DNA of 64,000 bases from Eledone cirrhosa. Its lineage: Eukaryota. The notes beneath the pieces are model-generated. The model had not been told where the DNA came from. It was given only the letters and a program-made list of their open reading frames with translations, and did no database searches. The stretch's first letter is position 1. Each line of letters starts with the position of its first letter. Where the stretch lies: assembly GCA_964016885.1 (NCBI GenBank), contig OZ024746.1, forward strand, positions 8,866,001 to 8,930,000, written 5' to 3'. Shown here one piece after another: positions 1 through 13,410 of the stretch. A program made the translations under genes and the position numbers.

Positions 1-18
1 TTCAGTTTTGGTTTTAAG

Positions 19-54
19 TTTTACCGGTTGCGCATTTCTAATGCTTTTCAAAAA
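19..54 (-). ncRNA. Degenerate minimal hammerhead ribozyme (U3-A8 core; GAAA mutated to GCAA)
   Basis: Minus strand reads ttt-TTGAAAA-gcatt-aga-aatgc-GCAACCGGTA-aaa. Same architecture as the intact copies at 17554 and 19363. Confidence 0.6.
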
Positions 55-95
55 TAATTTTGAGATATAGCGCCCGTGATGTTTGCTCTAATCTG

Positions 96-128
<33 letters not shown>

Positions 129-479
129 GCACACACATATATATACATACGTACATATCTACTTTACCTTCTGATAATGTAGATAGGCATGTCTACTTTA
201 TTCCCCCCCCCCCTGTTTCTTCCTCCCCAACCACGTCTTGTTCCATTTATATTTTTTCATTTCATCCCTTATCTTATTTAATCACGTCCCAACATTGACA
301 CCAACCCCCAAATAGAACTAAAGCAGCCTGTAGAAGGTTAATATGGAACCAAATACAAATAACAACCTTTTGACACTTTAACGGACACGAAAGAAGTCAA
401 CGATTCAAATAAATCTTTTGCGTGTTGATAGTCCTGGCGGCAAAACGATTGTAAATGTGGAAACATATCAGGTTCAACT

Positions 480-680
480 AATTGGTTTCTTTTGCGCCCA
501 CAGGATTGGTTCTATCGTTATGCATACATGGTTCAATATTCCTTATCTGGATTTCTGTTTGTAGTATTGCTATCAATAACAAACAGGCAAACAGAATTTG
601 ATAGTATGGTGTTATCTTTTGGGATGAAACACCAAAAACCTCGAGGTATGAATATGAAGCTATTTATCACATATACTTTA
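480..680 (-). pseudogene. Possible decayed LINE ORF1 (gag-like CCHC zinc knuckle) fragment
   Basis: Allowing frameshifts, the minus strand gives IPRG..CFI.QKI..HTIKFC, resembling CX2CX4HX4C. Heavily disrupted. Confidence 0.3.
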
Positions 681-825
681 TTATCTTTTCGAAAATGATT
701 TATCCTTTGATTACAAGATCAAGTTGTTTGTGGGGTATTTTCGACTCTTTACGAAAGAAAGCTGGCAGGCGGCTATCCTGAACATAGATTGTGTCCATTC
801 TTTATTTTGGATTACAGTGACTAAA

Positions 826-877
826 AATGAATATGAAAAATGAATATGAAAAATGAATATGAAAAATGAATATGAAA
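826..877. repeat. 13-bp tandem repeat (AAAAATGAATATG) x~4
   Basis: Directly visible tandem copies. Confidence 0.9.
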
Positions 878-2484
878 CACCAGTCTGTAGAATTCTCCGG
901 ATGTGCTGGTGTTCTGCTTCGTTATTATGAAGGGAGGGAACAATCAGACATTAACGTTGATGTTGAGTTTTGCAATGTTGATGAGTTTGCATAGAATGTT
1001 GGAGAAATAATGCATCAGGTTTTAGCTGGCTGTTGGATCCTAAAAACGTCATGGACCAAGCAATACTAAGTATATAGGAACATTTGTAGAAACGTTTCTA
1101 TTAGCATATTGAAAGCTAAAAATCCACCGATGGATTAATTAATTATTGCTCAAGTAACCCAGCAGGTTTTCCTCGGTTTCCGCAATTTACCAAGTAATAC
1201 AATTGATTTTATAGTAGAAAACATTATCAGGATATTTCACGTGTAGATATTTATAGTGAGTGAGTCTTTGATATAGAGCGTTGGATAAGAGAGGTGGTGT
1301 CGTGGTAGATATAGAGAGGGGTAGAGTTTGATTTTAGTAGATACAGAGAGGGGGATTAAAAGGGAAGTTTGTGTGATAGACATAGAGAGGAGTAGAGTTT
1401 GGTGGCACTCTCGTGTCCCAAATAATAGGAAGGGTAGCAATAATGGGGAGGGGGTTAAATCAGTAATTGTATAGTGTACGTTCGTAAATATGGGATTTCT
1501 TGTAATGTTCTTCTTTTGTCATATATAATGTTTTTTTATGTAAAATATAAGAAGATAAATTATATATTTCTAAGATAATATTGCTTATGTATATGTATGT
1601 AGATATAGCGTCAACAGCATGACATCTAATACATTATTAGTTGTCTAACAATATATATTATCTTGAAGCCTGTTTTTTTTCTAGTTATGTTGATATCCTA
1701 ACATTCTAATTCACTTACAATTAACTTTAAACCTCGGCTTATAGCTATACTTAATTAGCATTATCTTGTTTGTAACGTTTAATTCTTTCAGATGTCATTC
1801 CTTACCAGAAATATTTCTTTATCCGATTATTCACTTTACTAAACCGGAATCAGTTTCTTCCTTCTTAACTCTCCGTCATTTTATACCTTTAGTTGTGTTT
1901 CGTTACGTAACTAAATCCTTTTATTCTTTAAACTCTCTTTTACCTAATTATAAATATTTCCATCTTCATCTATATAATCATAATACTTCTTCCACCAATA
2001 TCATCTGCCCATTCATTCCAATTTAACATTTCTCCTTGGTCTCCTCAAACATTGAACTGTAGAAAAATATTCGGCATTATTCTAGTAAACAACATTCATT
2101 CCGTGTCAATTGGAAAGAGTTCAGCTAGAAATCAACAACACTTCTCTTTATGCTATACTGAAATCAATTCACATTCAACGAAATTCTGCCTTTTCTATTT
2201 TTTAAATTGTAATTTGAGCGGGAGCAATCAAACTTCTTTGTTGCAATATTGTTCTCCTATTGAGTGGGATTGCTATTTATAAAATTTTCAATATGTTTTA
2301 TCTTATACCTTGCTTTCACTTTCAAAGAAACATTACTAAAGATATGTCGGACTGATTGATTTTATAAAGTTTTAAATAGCGAATCTTATGTGCTTGAAAA
2401 ATGTTTTTATGTATTTCTTTAAAGGTTTTGGGACACGTATACTAATAAACAAAAAATAATCTATATTCAAAATGTTTCTTTACG

Positions 2485-2517
<33 letters not shown>

Positions 2518-3237
2518 ATGTATGTATGTATATATATGTATGTATGTATGTATATATGTGTATATATGTATCTATATATACTTAGAGAAAACACATAGAC
2601 ACGCACGCACACTCGTATATTGATTTCTTGTACAAGAACAGACTATTCTTTGTAAGAGAGAAATATATTGAAAGATAAATTCATATCCGTCGAGACTGAA
2701 TTGGGAACTGAAAGGAAAGAAAATAGTATATTTACGTAATTTAATTATAAAAAAATAATTTCTGCGTTTTATTATGGTACCTAGTGCAACCTAGACCAAC
2801 ACTTTAAATTCTCGTAATTGTTACATATCAAAAGTCTGCATACTTCCCCGCTTAACATTGCATGTTTTAGGACGTACAACGAATGGTAACATTTGAAGCC
2901 TGAAAACCCATGATTATTCTGCTGATAGGAATCATTATATAGCATTTCTTCAGGAAGTGACATCATTAATGCCTCTCCGGTTTTACTGGTCTCAGTAAAT
3001 ATACTGAGGTCAATCTCGGACGACAACTTCTGGGGCCTTTAGCTGATTATATCACCTCTTTTTACAGACATTTTACAGGGTCCTTGTAAGATAGGAAAAT
3101 GATGTGTGGGGTCTTAATTGAATACTGTAGTACGTTTCACTACACGTAGATGTAAACAGACACACATGCACACTCGCGCATATACGTATATATATATTCA
3201 CACACATGTGTATACGTGCTTATATGTATATCATATA

Positions 3238-3425
3238 TGGCAGTGGTTTGGCAGTATCGGTAGAGCGTCAGACACCAGGCTTTGCAGCATAGAGTTATGG
3301 CCCTTTGTGTTCTGAGTTCAAATCCACCGAGGTTAACTTTGCCTTTCATCCTTACGGGGTCGATAAAATAAAGTACCAGTAATGCACTGGGGTATTCGCT
3401 GGCCTTGTGCCAAAAGTAGAAACAT
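3238..3425 (+). mobile_element. tRNA-derived SINE, family A (full length)
   Basis: A-box TGGCAGTATCGG, B-box GAGTTCAAATCC, central GCCTTTCATCCTTACGGGGTCGATAAAATAAAGTACCAG (Meta/MESC-like by recall), tail GGCCTTGTGCCAAAAGTAGAAAC. More than 10 copies in the window. Confidence 0.85.
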
Positions 3426-3557
3426 TTAAATAATCATCATCATTTATATTTGTATGCATATAGAGGATTATATATTTCTATACACAGACTCTCTCTCACT
3501 CTCACTCTCTCTATCTATTTATCTCTCCCTCTCCCCCTCTCTCTGTCTATCTATCTA

Positions 3558-3613
<56 letters not shown>

Positions 3614-4472
3614 GTATTAAGGATACTATTTATGGTTATGTATATACTAAAACCTTTTATAGTTATATATATTTTAAACCCCAAATAGTGAAAGACAGTA
3701 ATTTATTACTACCTTATTACCAGTAAGATAAATAGCTCAATGTAACAACATCAGTTGTTCTACAGAGCAGTTATAATTTTGTTGTAATTTTCTTTTAATA
3801 TGACTTTAATCTTTGAATGTAAACTGCCATGCTTAAATATTATAATGGATGTCAACCCACAGTGCATCAATATATACATATGTTTCTGTATGTCTCTTGT
3901 GTTGAAAAGGAGATCAAGTATGTAAACAATCATTGAAAAATTGCTCCGAAGACTCCAAACCTCGGTTTGGAAGAAACAATTGTAAGCGAATAAATGATTT
4001 GAACAGAACTTTGATTCATGTAATTTCTCTCTCTATATATATATGTATGTATATGGAAACTACGAGGAAATATCCGCATTAGCCGATATTTCTGCGTAGT
4101 TCTCTCCCATTCCACTTCTTAATTGGTGTATAAGTGCACCATTGGTAACCATATTCCAATATTCTGATGACTTGATACTTTAGTAATACACCCGGTCTTT
4201 TGCCTTCGTTAAGCAGTTTTCACTACGAAGAAACTTCCAGTCTGCTGGTTAGCCACGTATTGAAGAGCGGTTCTTTACTGGTTGAGTCAACCGACAAATT
4301 CCGTGAACATCTTTATAAGCCGTACGTTTACTATTGAGTTACATTTTCTTTCGTTTGTATTAATAAACGTATATATATATATATATATGTTCACATGTAT
4401 GTATGTATGTATGTATGTATGTATGTATGTATGTATGTATGTATGTATGTATGTATGTATGTATGTATGTAT

Positions 4473-4894
4473 GTTCTTCTGATTTTATAATTTCACAAAG
4501 TTTTACCAATAAAGAGAGAGAGTCGGTTTCTAACATAGACATAAGACTCTCATTAGAATTTACACAACATCAACTAGGTAGATATGTATGCATGCATGTG
4601 TAGATATTGATGTTATTGTATGTGTGGATGTGTATGTTTTGAGTTGTATGTGTGCATGTGTATAGGCTTTGTATTTGTACATGTGTATATGCAGTTATTA
4701 GATGCAAAATTTTGAAATGTTTTACATATTTTTACTGTTCCATTAATGGATTGTACTTGTAATTTCCTAGCTAGTTGTGTTCTTTCTGTTCCTGTGAAGC
4801 CCAGCTTCTCAAGATTTATATTGAGGCAGTTACTAACATATCCCAGTGCCCCAATAATCACAGGTATAAATCTGAAGGTGTAATCAGAGTGGAC
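4473..4894 (-). mobile_element. 5'-truncated R4/Dong-like non-LTR retrotransposon (RLE C-terminus + 3'UTR) in a (CATA)n repeat
   Basis: Minus translation FIPVIIGALGYVSNCLNINLEKLGF...ARKLQVQSINGTVKICKTF matches the PxxIGALG tail of restriction-like-endonuclease LINEs. Flanked on both sides by (TATG)n. Confidence 0.75.
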
Positions 4895-4988
4895 TATGTA
4901 TGTATGTATGTATGTATGTATGTATGTATGTATGTATGTATGTATGTATGTATGTATGTATGTATGTATGTATCTATATGTATGTATG

Positions 4989-5061
4989 TTCTTCTGGTTT
5001 TATAATTTCACAAAATTTTACCAATAAAGAGAGAGTCGGTTTCTAACATAGACACAAGACT
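4989..5061 (-). mobile_element. Second, very short copy of the same R4-like 3' end
   Basis: Near-identical to 4473-4549, again flanked by (TATG)n. Confidence 0.75.
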
Positions 5062-5114
5062 CTGTATGTATGTATGTATGTATTTATGTATGTGTGTGTG
5101 TGCGTGTATGTGTG

Positions 5115-5205
<91 letters not shown>

Positions 5206-5482
5206 GTTAGCAGAGTATTAACAATATGAATATAGCATATTTGCATTAAGCTATCGTTTGATGTGTAATTACTATTATAACAATAACGCTGTTGGCCAGT
5301 ATATATATCTCCATGGTAACTGAACGGGGAAATGCAACGAATGGGGGAGGGGCGCAGAGTGTAAAGATTAGAAGCAACAAGTTTCCATGGTAATCACGCA
5401 GAAAGTATTTTTGTTAGAATAGGAAAAAATATACTTATGGGGAAGAATGTCACATTTTCAACATATTTTACATGTTTTCTTT

Positions 5483-5615
5483 GTGTGAAGGCAGGTGGCT
5501 ATGTGGTTAGGGTATTCGGTTTACAACCTTATAGTTGTGAGTTCGATTCCCGGTGGTGCGTTGTGTTCTTGAGCAAGACAATTTATTTCAGGTTGTTCAG
5601 TCCACTCAGCTGTCA
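5483..5615 (+). mobile_element. tRNA-derived CORE-type SINE, family B
   Basis: TGGCTATGTGG A-box, GAGTTCGATTC B-box, GTGTTCTTGAGCAAGACA CORE-like motif. Similar to 6093 and 50468. Confidence 0.7.
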
Positions 5616-6056
5616 AAAACCTCTAGAACATCACCAATGCCATGAAATATCACATTGACCAATGAATGAGACTAGTGCTTGTTCAGTGTATTAGAAACAC
5701 CAGCCAAATCTCTTACATATCACACCTTACGTTTATAAAAGTTGAAAGTAGACAGTACATAATTGACTTCTGATATCAATATTGTCTGAAGAAAATATAA
5801 AATGACGAAGCTTGCAATGTTTGTGATATCAAGCATCCTTCTTCAGGGATAACCCAAGGCTAAACAACAACAACATCATTACATCTGTCAGTAACAATAA
5901 AACCACTAATACTACGGTGCACACAGTATCAGCAGCTGCACCACAACCATCATATCCACCACTGCTGCCACCCTTAAGGCCTTCACAACCTCTGTCAATA
6001 CAATCACTTGCAGCCATCTACATTACTATTACTTCTAGCATAACTACCACTACAAC

Positions 6057-6606
6057 CAGGGCCGGATTTAATGTGGGGGAAAAGGGGGCGATTGTGAAGG
6101 CGCATGGCTTAGTGGTTAGAGTACTGGGCTTGCAATCGAAAGGTTGTGAGTTCAATTCTTGGACCAGGCGATGTGTTGTTTCCTTGAGCAAGACCCTTTA
6201 TTTCACGTGGCTCCACTTTACTCAGCTGTAGAAATGAGATGATAGGACTGCGGTCCCTATCATTAAATTAACCAAGACACCTCCAACAAGATATACATTG
6301 GAGGAGGCCAGCTAAACCTGCATAGGTGTGAGCTGAACAATAACAACAACAACAACAACAACAACAAAGGGGGAAATTTCCCTAGGCCCTCTGCAGTGGG
6401 GGCCCCGCCAGCGACGACCGTACCAATTTATTTGGGTTTTTTAGGTTAAGTATAGTTAGAATTTTTTAATTTAATACCTGTATGTGTAAATTTTCAATTC
6501 CAATTACTTGCACCAAGCTAAATTTGGTATGTAACATTTTTGGGGGAGTTTACTGTGTATTCTAATATTTTGTGCATGTGCCCCCCTCAAATCTGAAGTG
6601 CCGCTG
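6057..6606. mobile_element. hAT-type MITE with 8-bp TSD, interrupted by a SINE
   Basis: Starts CAGGGCCGG and ends GCCGCTG. Flanked by ACTACAAC (6049-6056) and ACTACAAT (6607-6614). Confidence 0.7.
6093..6366 (+). mobile_element. CORE-type SINE, family B, with (AAC)n tail
   Basis: TGGCTTAGTGG, GAGTTCAATTC, TCCTTGAGCAAGAC; ends in an AAC repeat. Confidence 0.7.
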
Positions 6607-6813
6607 ACTACAATTACAGTTACTCGTCCCATTATTTGACCGGTACTATAATTTATCAACCCCTGAAGGATGAAATACAAACTTGACATTGGCAGAATTT
6701 GAACACAGACTCAGAGCACAGAATAAAGGAAGCAATAGGGTAAAGTAATTCATCCGGCGCTCTACCGATTCTGCCAGTCTTACTATCACGATTATCACTG
6801 ATCTCATCAGGTG

Positions 6814-6994
<181 letters not shown>

Positions 6995-7076
6995 GTGTAT
7001 GTCTATGCGTGTGTTTGTATATTTATATATATTAATCAGTAACACTTTACAATTCATTATTAAAATCATTCTTTAA

Positions 7077-7241
7077 GGGCGGTGGATTGGCAGTATCGGT
7101 AGAGCGTCGGACACCATGCTTTGAAGCATAGAGTTACGTCCCTTTATGATCTGAGTTCAAATCCTGCCGAGCTTAATAAAATAAAATACCAGTAATGTAC
7201 TGGGTAATTGCTGGCCTTGTGCCAAAAAATAGAAACAATTA
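7077..7241 (+). mobile_element. SINE family A (internal deletion)
   Basis: Same A-box, B-box and tail as 3238. Confidence 0.8.
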
Positions 7242-7509
7242 TTAAAATCATTCTTATCGATAATATAATCACTTATACATGCCAGTAATCAAAAGAACTA
7301 TGGGGTTTCTCTTATGCAAACAATTAATTTATCAAAACGGAAATTTCCCAGTCGTGTGTTTCTATATATCCAGTAATTCCAATATAGTTGGCACAATTCC
7401 TGGACACCAACATTTACATACGTTCAACGCTATTAACTCTATTACCGTCATTATCGACGACATTTGTCTATAACTATATATATACATATATATATACATA
7501 GATGTATAT

Positions 7510-7546
<37 letters not shown>

Positions 7547-7549
<3 letters not shown>

Positions 7550-7736
7550 CAAAGGAATTGGGGTAAGGAACCAGATGGACCATAACGCACCAGAGTACTC
7601 AATACTTAGGGTAGTAGAGTGGGAAATAGGAAAAAGTATGACCCCGATGGCAGAGCTCAAGCCGTTTCGACGGCTATTTCCAGAAATAGCCGTCGAAACG
7701 GCTTGAGCTCTGCCGTCGGGGTCATACTTTTTCCTA
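7547..7736. mobile_element. Penelope/retrozyme-like family HH1, fold-back copy in (TA)n
   Basis: TAACAAAGGAATTG...GACCCCGA-GGCAGAGCTCAAGCCGTTTCGACGGCTATTTC followed by its inverted copy. Contains the 3' half of an HHR (GAAACGGC-loop-GCCGTC/GGGGTC). Confidence 0.8.
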
Positions 7737-7738
7737 TA

Positions 7739-7828
<90 letters not shown>

Positions 7829-8007
7829 AAAATATATATATAAATAAATGCCATTGTTAAATGATAAATAAATCAACTAATACCTTAACACTTCACACAA
7901 AGTAAAACATTTCGTTTTAATCATTTTCTAACCCAGAAAAAAGAGAGAGAGAAACAAACAAGGAAAACATATATTTTTCTTCCTTAGAATCGTCTCTTTC
8001 TCCCTGT

Positions 8008-8122
<115 letters not shown>

Positions 8123-8126
8123 TATA

Positions 8127-8162
<36 letters not shown>

Positions 8163-8194
8163 CATATATGTATACATATACGTATAAATATATA

Positions 8195-8284
8195 TAACGA
8201 AGGAATTGTGGTAAGGAACCAGATGGACCATAACGCACCAGAGTACTCAATACTTAGGGTAGTAGAGTGGGTCTTGAACATTTT

Positions 8285-8288
<4 letters not shown>
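8195..8288 (-). mobile_element. HH1 family truncated copy in (TA)n
   Basis: Matches 7547-7625, plus a short inverted piece. Confidence 0.8.
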
Positions 8289-8356
<68 letters not shown>

Positions 8357-8447
8357 TGAAAAACAAAAAAAACAATAACAATAACAAAGAGCACAGTACG
8401 AACAGTGTTGGTATTAGTTTCACGCTTGAGAGCGGGGGGTGGGAGAC

Positions 8448-8475
8448 GACGTTTCGGGCATAATGCCTTCATCAG
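8448..8475 (-). ncRNA. Minimal hammerhead ribozyme core in a dispersed repeat (~8355-8645)
   Basis: Minus: CTGATGA-a-ggca-ttat-gccc-GAAACGTC. Paralog at 13899. Confidence 0.65.
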
Positions 8476-8695
8476 GAGGAATATGGGAAGGAAAAGAGTT
8501 CCGAGAGTGTGAGGGGGAGTGGTGGAAAGCCATTACAAAGGGTGAAAAAAATAAAAAGGAAGGAAAAAAATTAAAATGAGGGGAAAAAAATTAAAATGAA
8601 AACAAGTGGTGAAAGGGTGTGAGGCGTGTAGATGTGGTGATGGTCTATATATATAATGTATATATATATATATATATGTATAATATATATATATA

Positions 8696-8753
<58 letters not shown>

Positions 8754-9651
8754 AATTCTCTGAAAGTTCCTTAAAGAGGATTTAGGACTCGAAATATTAG
8801 GACAGACGAAACAACAACAATAACAATTATATAAAACAGGTAAATTAGCAGGTAAATTACTTTTTCATTACCTTATCCTACAGTCTATCTTACATTGTGT
8901 AGCCTTATACCACTTTCCACGGTATATATCATATACAATGCTTCAAGTCAACATGTTATTATAGAGAAATAAATATTTCAATTAAAATATTCGTTTTTTG
9001 TTTATATTTTGTCTCGCCTCCTGTCTGCCCTAGTCTAACAATATCATAGAGAAACTTTAACTGTAACCCACTTATCTTTTTGTATATCAAGGTCTACATT
9101 GTCCAGTATATCCTTCTTTATTTAAGACGGTAGGGAACGATCTGCTGCTATTTCTAGCAGTTTGGGTGACTACAGAGAAGCTTAATATATGGCTCTATAG
9201 AAAAAAGTAGCTGTTGTTACTGTTTAGGCACTGGTTAAACTTAATGAAGCAAATCTATAATCAAAGGCGTTCCGGCCATGACCACGCTGTCTCTGATTTT
9301 CTTTTCAAAATGTTTATAACAAATAATTGTTCACTTTCTTGAAGACAATTGTGTTTATTATGAGGTATATTTGGTTATCACTTCTAGTAGACGGGATCGA
9401 GGTAATATGAAAGGAATCTTTTTGTTTCTTGTCGATTTTGTTATTGTTTAACACTAGATTGACCATATTCCTTTTAAAGACATAAGTATCTGATTGGAGG
9501 AGAGTTTAACTGTTATTTCTAACATATTGAGCAACCAAGTAAAGTGGAAGATGGCAGTTGATTATATATCAGATAGATTACCAACCACCCACGTGGAATT
9601 TCAATAATATATTCACCACCTACACAAAATATTCTCTTCAACGTGCCAACA

Positions 9652-9857
9652 CCAGAGCATATACATAGTCGTTTGACAAGCTAGAAATAGTAGCTAATTC
9701 TACCTCAAATCTTAGCCTGCCAGCGCCAGAGCCTATACATAGTCGTTCGACAAGCTAGAAATAGTAGCTAATTCTACCTCAAATCCTAGCCTGCCAGAGC
9801 ATATACATAGTCGTTCGACAAGATAGAAATAGTAGCTAACTCTACCTCAAATCCTAC
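9652..9857. repeat. Local tandem triplication of a ~65-75 bp unit
   Basis: CCAGAGCATATACATAGTCGTTCGACAAGCTAGAAATAGTAGCTAATTCTACCTCAAATC occurs three times. Confidence 0.9.
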
Positions 9858-10295
9858 ACTAGTGAGTGGCAACATCTAACACATTCAGTAATGAAGTTAT
9901 GGGTCCCCTACTCATGTGAAAATAATGAAAGGGTAACTTAAGGAAATCCTGTTATCATAGGTCGTCAAAGTCAATATTGACTTGTGGCTAAACAACAGCA
10001 TCAAACAGAACATACACCACATTCTAACGATGGAACCACTATGTGGTCAATTATCCTAGTAGAGATATCAGCCAAAACTCCCTCAAACCACACCTTACCC
10101 TTTTATATATATGAAACAAAAATATTGAGTAGCGGTAGACCTAGATATCTGTAAATGTTGGTGGTAGTCATGGCTGGAATGCATTTAGGGATTGTAGGGA
10201 TGCTCAAACAGGGCAGACCTTATATATACACGTACATCTCTCTCTCTCCCCTCTCTCTTTCTCTATCTATCTATCTTTCTGTATGTCTATCTCTC

Positions 10296-10341
<46 letters not shown>

Positions 10342-10343
<2 letters not shown>

Positions 10344-10543
10344 GGAACAGGTATGACCCCGACGGCAGAGCTCAACCGGTTCGACGGCGAATTCTGGACT
10401 CAGTGTCCAGAATTAGCCCTCGAAACGGCTTGAGCTCTGCCGTCGGGGTCATACCTGTTCCTATTACCCACTCTACTACCCTAAGTATTGAGTACTTTGG
10501 TGCGTTATGGTCCATCTGGTTCCTTACCACATTTCCTTCGTTA
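10342..10543 (+). mobile_element. HH1 family fold-back copy in (TA)n
   Basis: Inverted arms around CTGGACTCAGTGTCCAG. The 3' end ...CCTTCGTTA joins (TA)n. Confidence 0.8.
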
Positions 10544-10594
10544 TATATATATATATATTTATAAATATATATAAATATATATACATATATATAC

Positions 10595-10644
<50 letters not shown>

Positions 10645-10729
10645 GTATATATATATATACATACACATACACATACACACACATACATATACACACATAC
10701 ATATATGTATGTATACACTCACACACACG

Positions 10730-10794
<65 letters not shown>

Positions 10795-10877
10795 GTTATT
10801 CCGGGTTGAATCGGAGGTAACCACAGTAAGTAAGGTACTCAATACATAGCAGAGTATAACAGTTTTAATATAGATGA

Positions 10878-10926
10878 GATTCTACAGGACTAGAACTGTT
10901 TCATTCATTAGAAATCATCAGGAATC
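10878..10926 (-). ncRNA. Type I hammerhead ribozyme (family HH2, element ~10795-10950)
   Basis: Minus: gattc-CTGATGA-tttc-taat-gaat-GAAACAG-ttctagtc-CTGTA/gaatc. Stems I and III pair. Related elements at 46515-46640 and 51565-51700. Confidence 0.7.
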
Positions 10927-10949
10927 TCTGAGATTCCTGATGATTCCTG

Positions 10950-11015
<66 letters not shown>

Positions 11016-11018
11016 ATT

Positions 11019-11072
<54 letters not shown>

Positions 11073-11339
11073 ATTGGATATAACAGAATTCCTGAACAAG
11101 GGAAATACCTATTGATCATATATCTACTTGTCCAGTGCCAACCATGGGCTAAACAACTCTAACACCACCACCACCACCATCTCAAACATTGTCAGGCAGA
11201 TATCTACGTCAGCTACTGTCAGGTGTTTTCCCAGCTCACCTGTCATTTCTATCCAGTCCTCCCATTGGCCTTTCTTATATATTTCCCTCCTCCTTCTACT
11301 TCTTCACGTGGTTGCTGTTAATATTGGTCTTTATACTTG

Positions 11340-11780
11340 TTGTCACGTTGTTGTTGTTGTTGTCGTCGTCATTGTTGTTGTTGTTGCTGTCGTCGTTGTT
11401 GTTGTTGTTGTTGCTGTCGTCGTCGTTGTTGTTGTTGTTGCTGTCGTCGTTGTTGTTGTTGTCACGTTGTTGTTGTTGTCGTTGTCGTTGCTGTTGTTGT
11501 TGTCGTTGCTGTTGTTGTTGTCGTTGTTGTTGTTGTCGTTATTGTTGTTGTTGTTGTTGTTGTCGTTATTGTTGTTGTTGTTGTCATCGTTGTTGTCATC
11601 GTTGTTGTTGTCGTTGTCGTTGTTGTTGTCGTTGTTGTTGTTGTTGTCGTTTGTTGTTGTTGTTGTTGTTGTCATCGTCGTTGTCATCGTTGTTGTTGTG
11701 GTTGTCGTTGTTATAATTGTATAGTCGTGGATCTTCTTCTTCTTCTTCTTCTTCTTCTTCTTCTTCTTCTTCTTCTTCTC
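11340..11780. repeat. (TTG/TCG)n then (CTT)n trinucleotide arrays
   Basis: Directly visible. Source of the spurious poly-V/L/C ORFs. Confidence 0.95.
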
Positions 11781-11945
11781 CCCCCCCCTCTCTATACATA
11801 CTCAGTCTATATAATATATATATATCAATATAGGAATGTAATTAGCTTTCTGTCAGTTTATTTATCTGTCTCCATGCCACGTTATTTTTCTCTCACATGC
11901 ATGTATAACTATATATATGTATATATATATATAGTTATATATATA

Positions 11946-12054
<109 letters not shown>

Positions 12055-12150
12055 TCATATATATATATATATATATATATATGTGTATTCATATATATAT
12101 ATATATATATATATACATACATATATATATATATACATATGTATGTATTC

Positions 12151-12204
<54 letters not shown>

Positions 12205-12349
12205 ATTCATATATATATACATAAGGTATGAGTATGAAGCATATCTCCTACTTGAAATATAGTCTGATATTCAATGAAGACAGATACGTGTCCTACATAT
12301 ATTATAACATTAACAATTACTTATAATACATATGAATAAATATTTGTAT

Positions 12350-12387
12350 ACACACACGCACACACACACACACACACAGACACAGAC

Positions 12388-12422
<35 letters not shown>

Positions 12423-12435
12423 CACACAGACACAG

Positions 12436-12466
<31 letters not shown>

Positions 12467-12541
12467 CAGACACAGACACACACACAGACAGATACACAGA
12501 CACAGACACAGACACACACACGCACACAGACACACAAACAC

Positions 12542-12572
<31 letters not shown>

Positions 12573-12741
12573 CAGACACACACACAGACAGATACACAGA
12601 CACAGACACACACACACACACGCACACACAGACACACAAACACACACGCACACACAGAGACACACAGACACACAGACACACACACAGACATACACACACA
12701 CACAGACAGACACACACAGAAACATACACACACACACACAG

Positions 12742-12777
<36 letters not shown>

Positions 12778-12883
12778 TCACAAACACACAAACACACACA
12801 CACACACAGAGACACACAGACAGACACACACAGAGACACACACACACAGACAGACACACACAGAGACATACACACACACACAG

Positions 12884-12927
<44 letters not shown>

Positions 12928-12938
12928 TCACACACACA
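12350..12938. repeat. Compound (CA)n/(CAGA) microsatellite
   Basis: Directly visible. Confidence 0.95.
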
Positions 12939-12959
12939 TATATATATATATAGAGAGAG

Positions 12960-13092
12960 AAGTAGTAACACAACAGTTCGCCATACTGAGAACAATTGTT
13001 TCACCCCAGGTGAAACAATTGTCTCGGTATGGTGAACTGTTGTGTTACTACTTCTACCAAACTCGTCCCATGGACTGAGTGCTCTACCATTA
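12960..13092 (+). mobile_element. Fold-back HHR-family element (HH3)
   Basis: Palindrome ...GAGAACAATTGTTTCACC-cca-GGTGAAACAATTGTCTCGG... Same family as 44270-44435. Confidence 0.7.
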
Positions 13093-13293
13093 CAGATATT
13101 ACCTTCCAGTGTTATACCTCTCCCCCTCTCTCTCTCTATATATATATTGTAGATGAAGGTTTCTCATAAGTAGTTGTTACATCGTAACTTCATGAGGATA
13201 AGCCGTTCCTGGCGGTCCAAAAGCACTTCTCCTCAGTAGTTTATCCGAGGTAGGTGTTGGTGATTATGAATGATCGAGTATCCATTTGTTAGA

Positions 13294-13410
13294 TAATTGT
13301 TTCTACTTTAGGCACAAGGCCAGGAATTTACCAGTGCATTACCGGTACTTTATTTTATCGACCCCGTAAGGATGAAACTCAAAGTCAACCTCGGCGGGAT
13401 TTGAACTCAG
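13294..13410 (-). mobile_element. SINE family A, 3' part
   Basis: Reverse complement of the B-box, central domain and tail. Confidence 0.8.

Noticed and set aside
2781-3026. 81-aa minus ORF (MSSEIDLSIF...)
   Set aside because: Non-ATG start, in-frame stop just upstream, no recognisable domain or splice context.
4164-4235. CTGATGA...GAAAC possible hammerhead
   Set aside because: Stem II and stem I could not be paired convincingly.
8759-8797. Degenerate HHR-like motif; similar ones near 17393-17423 and 61245-61295
   Set aside because: Core nucleotides are mutated. Probably relics, but not counted as ribozymes.
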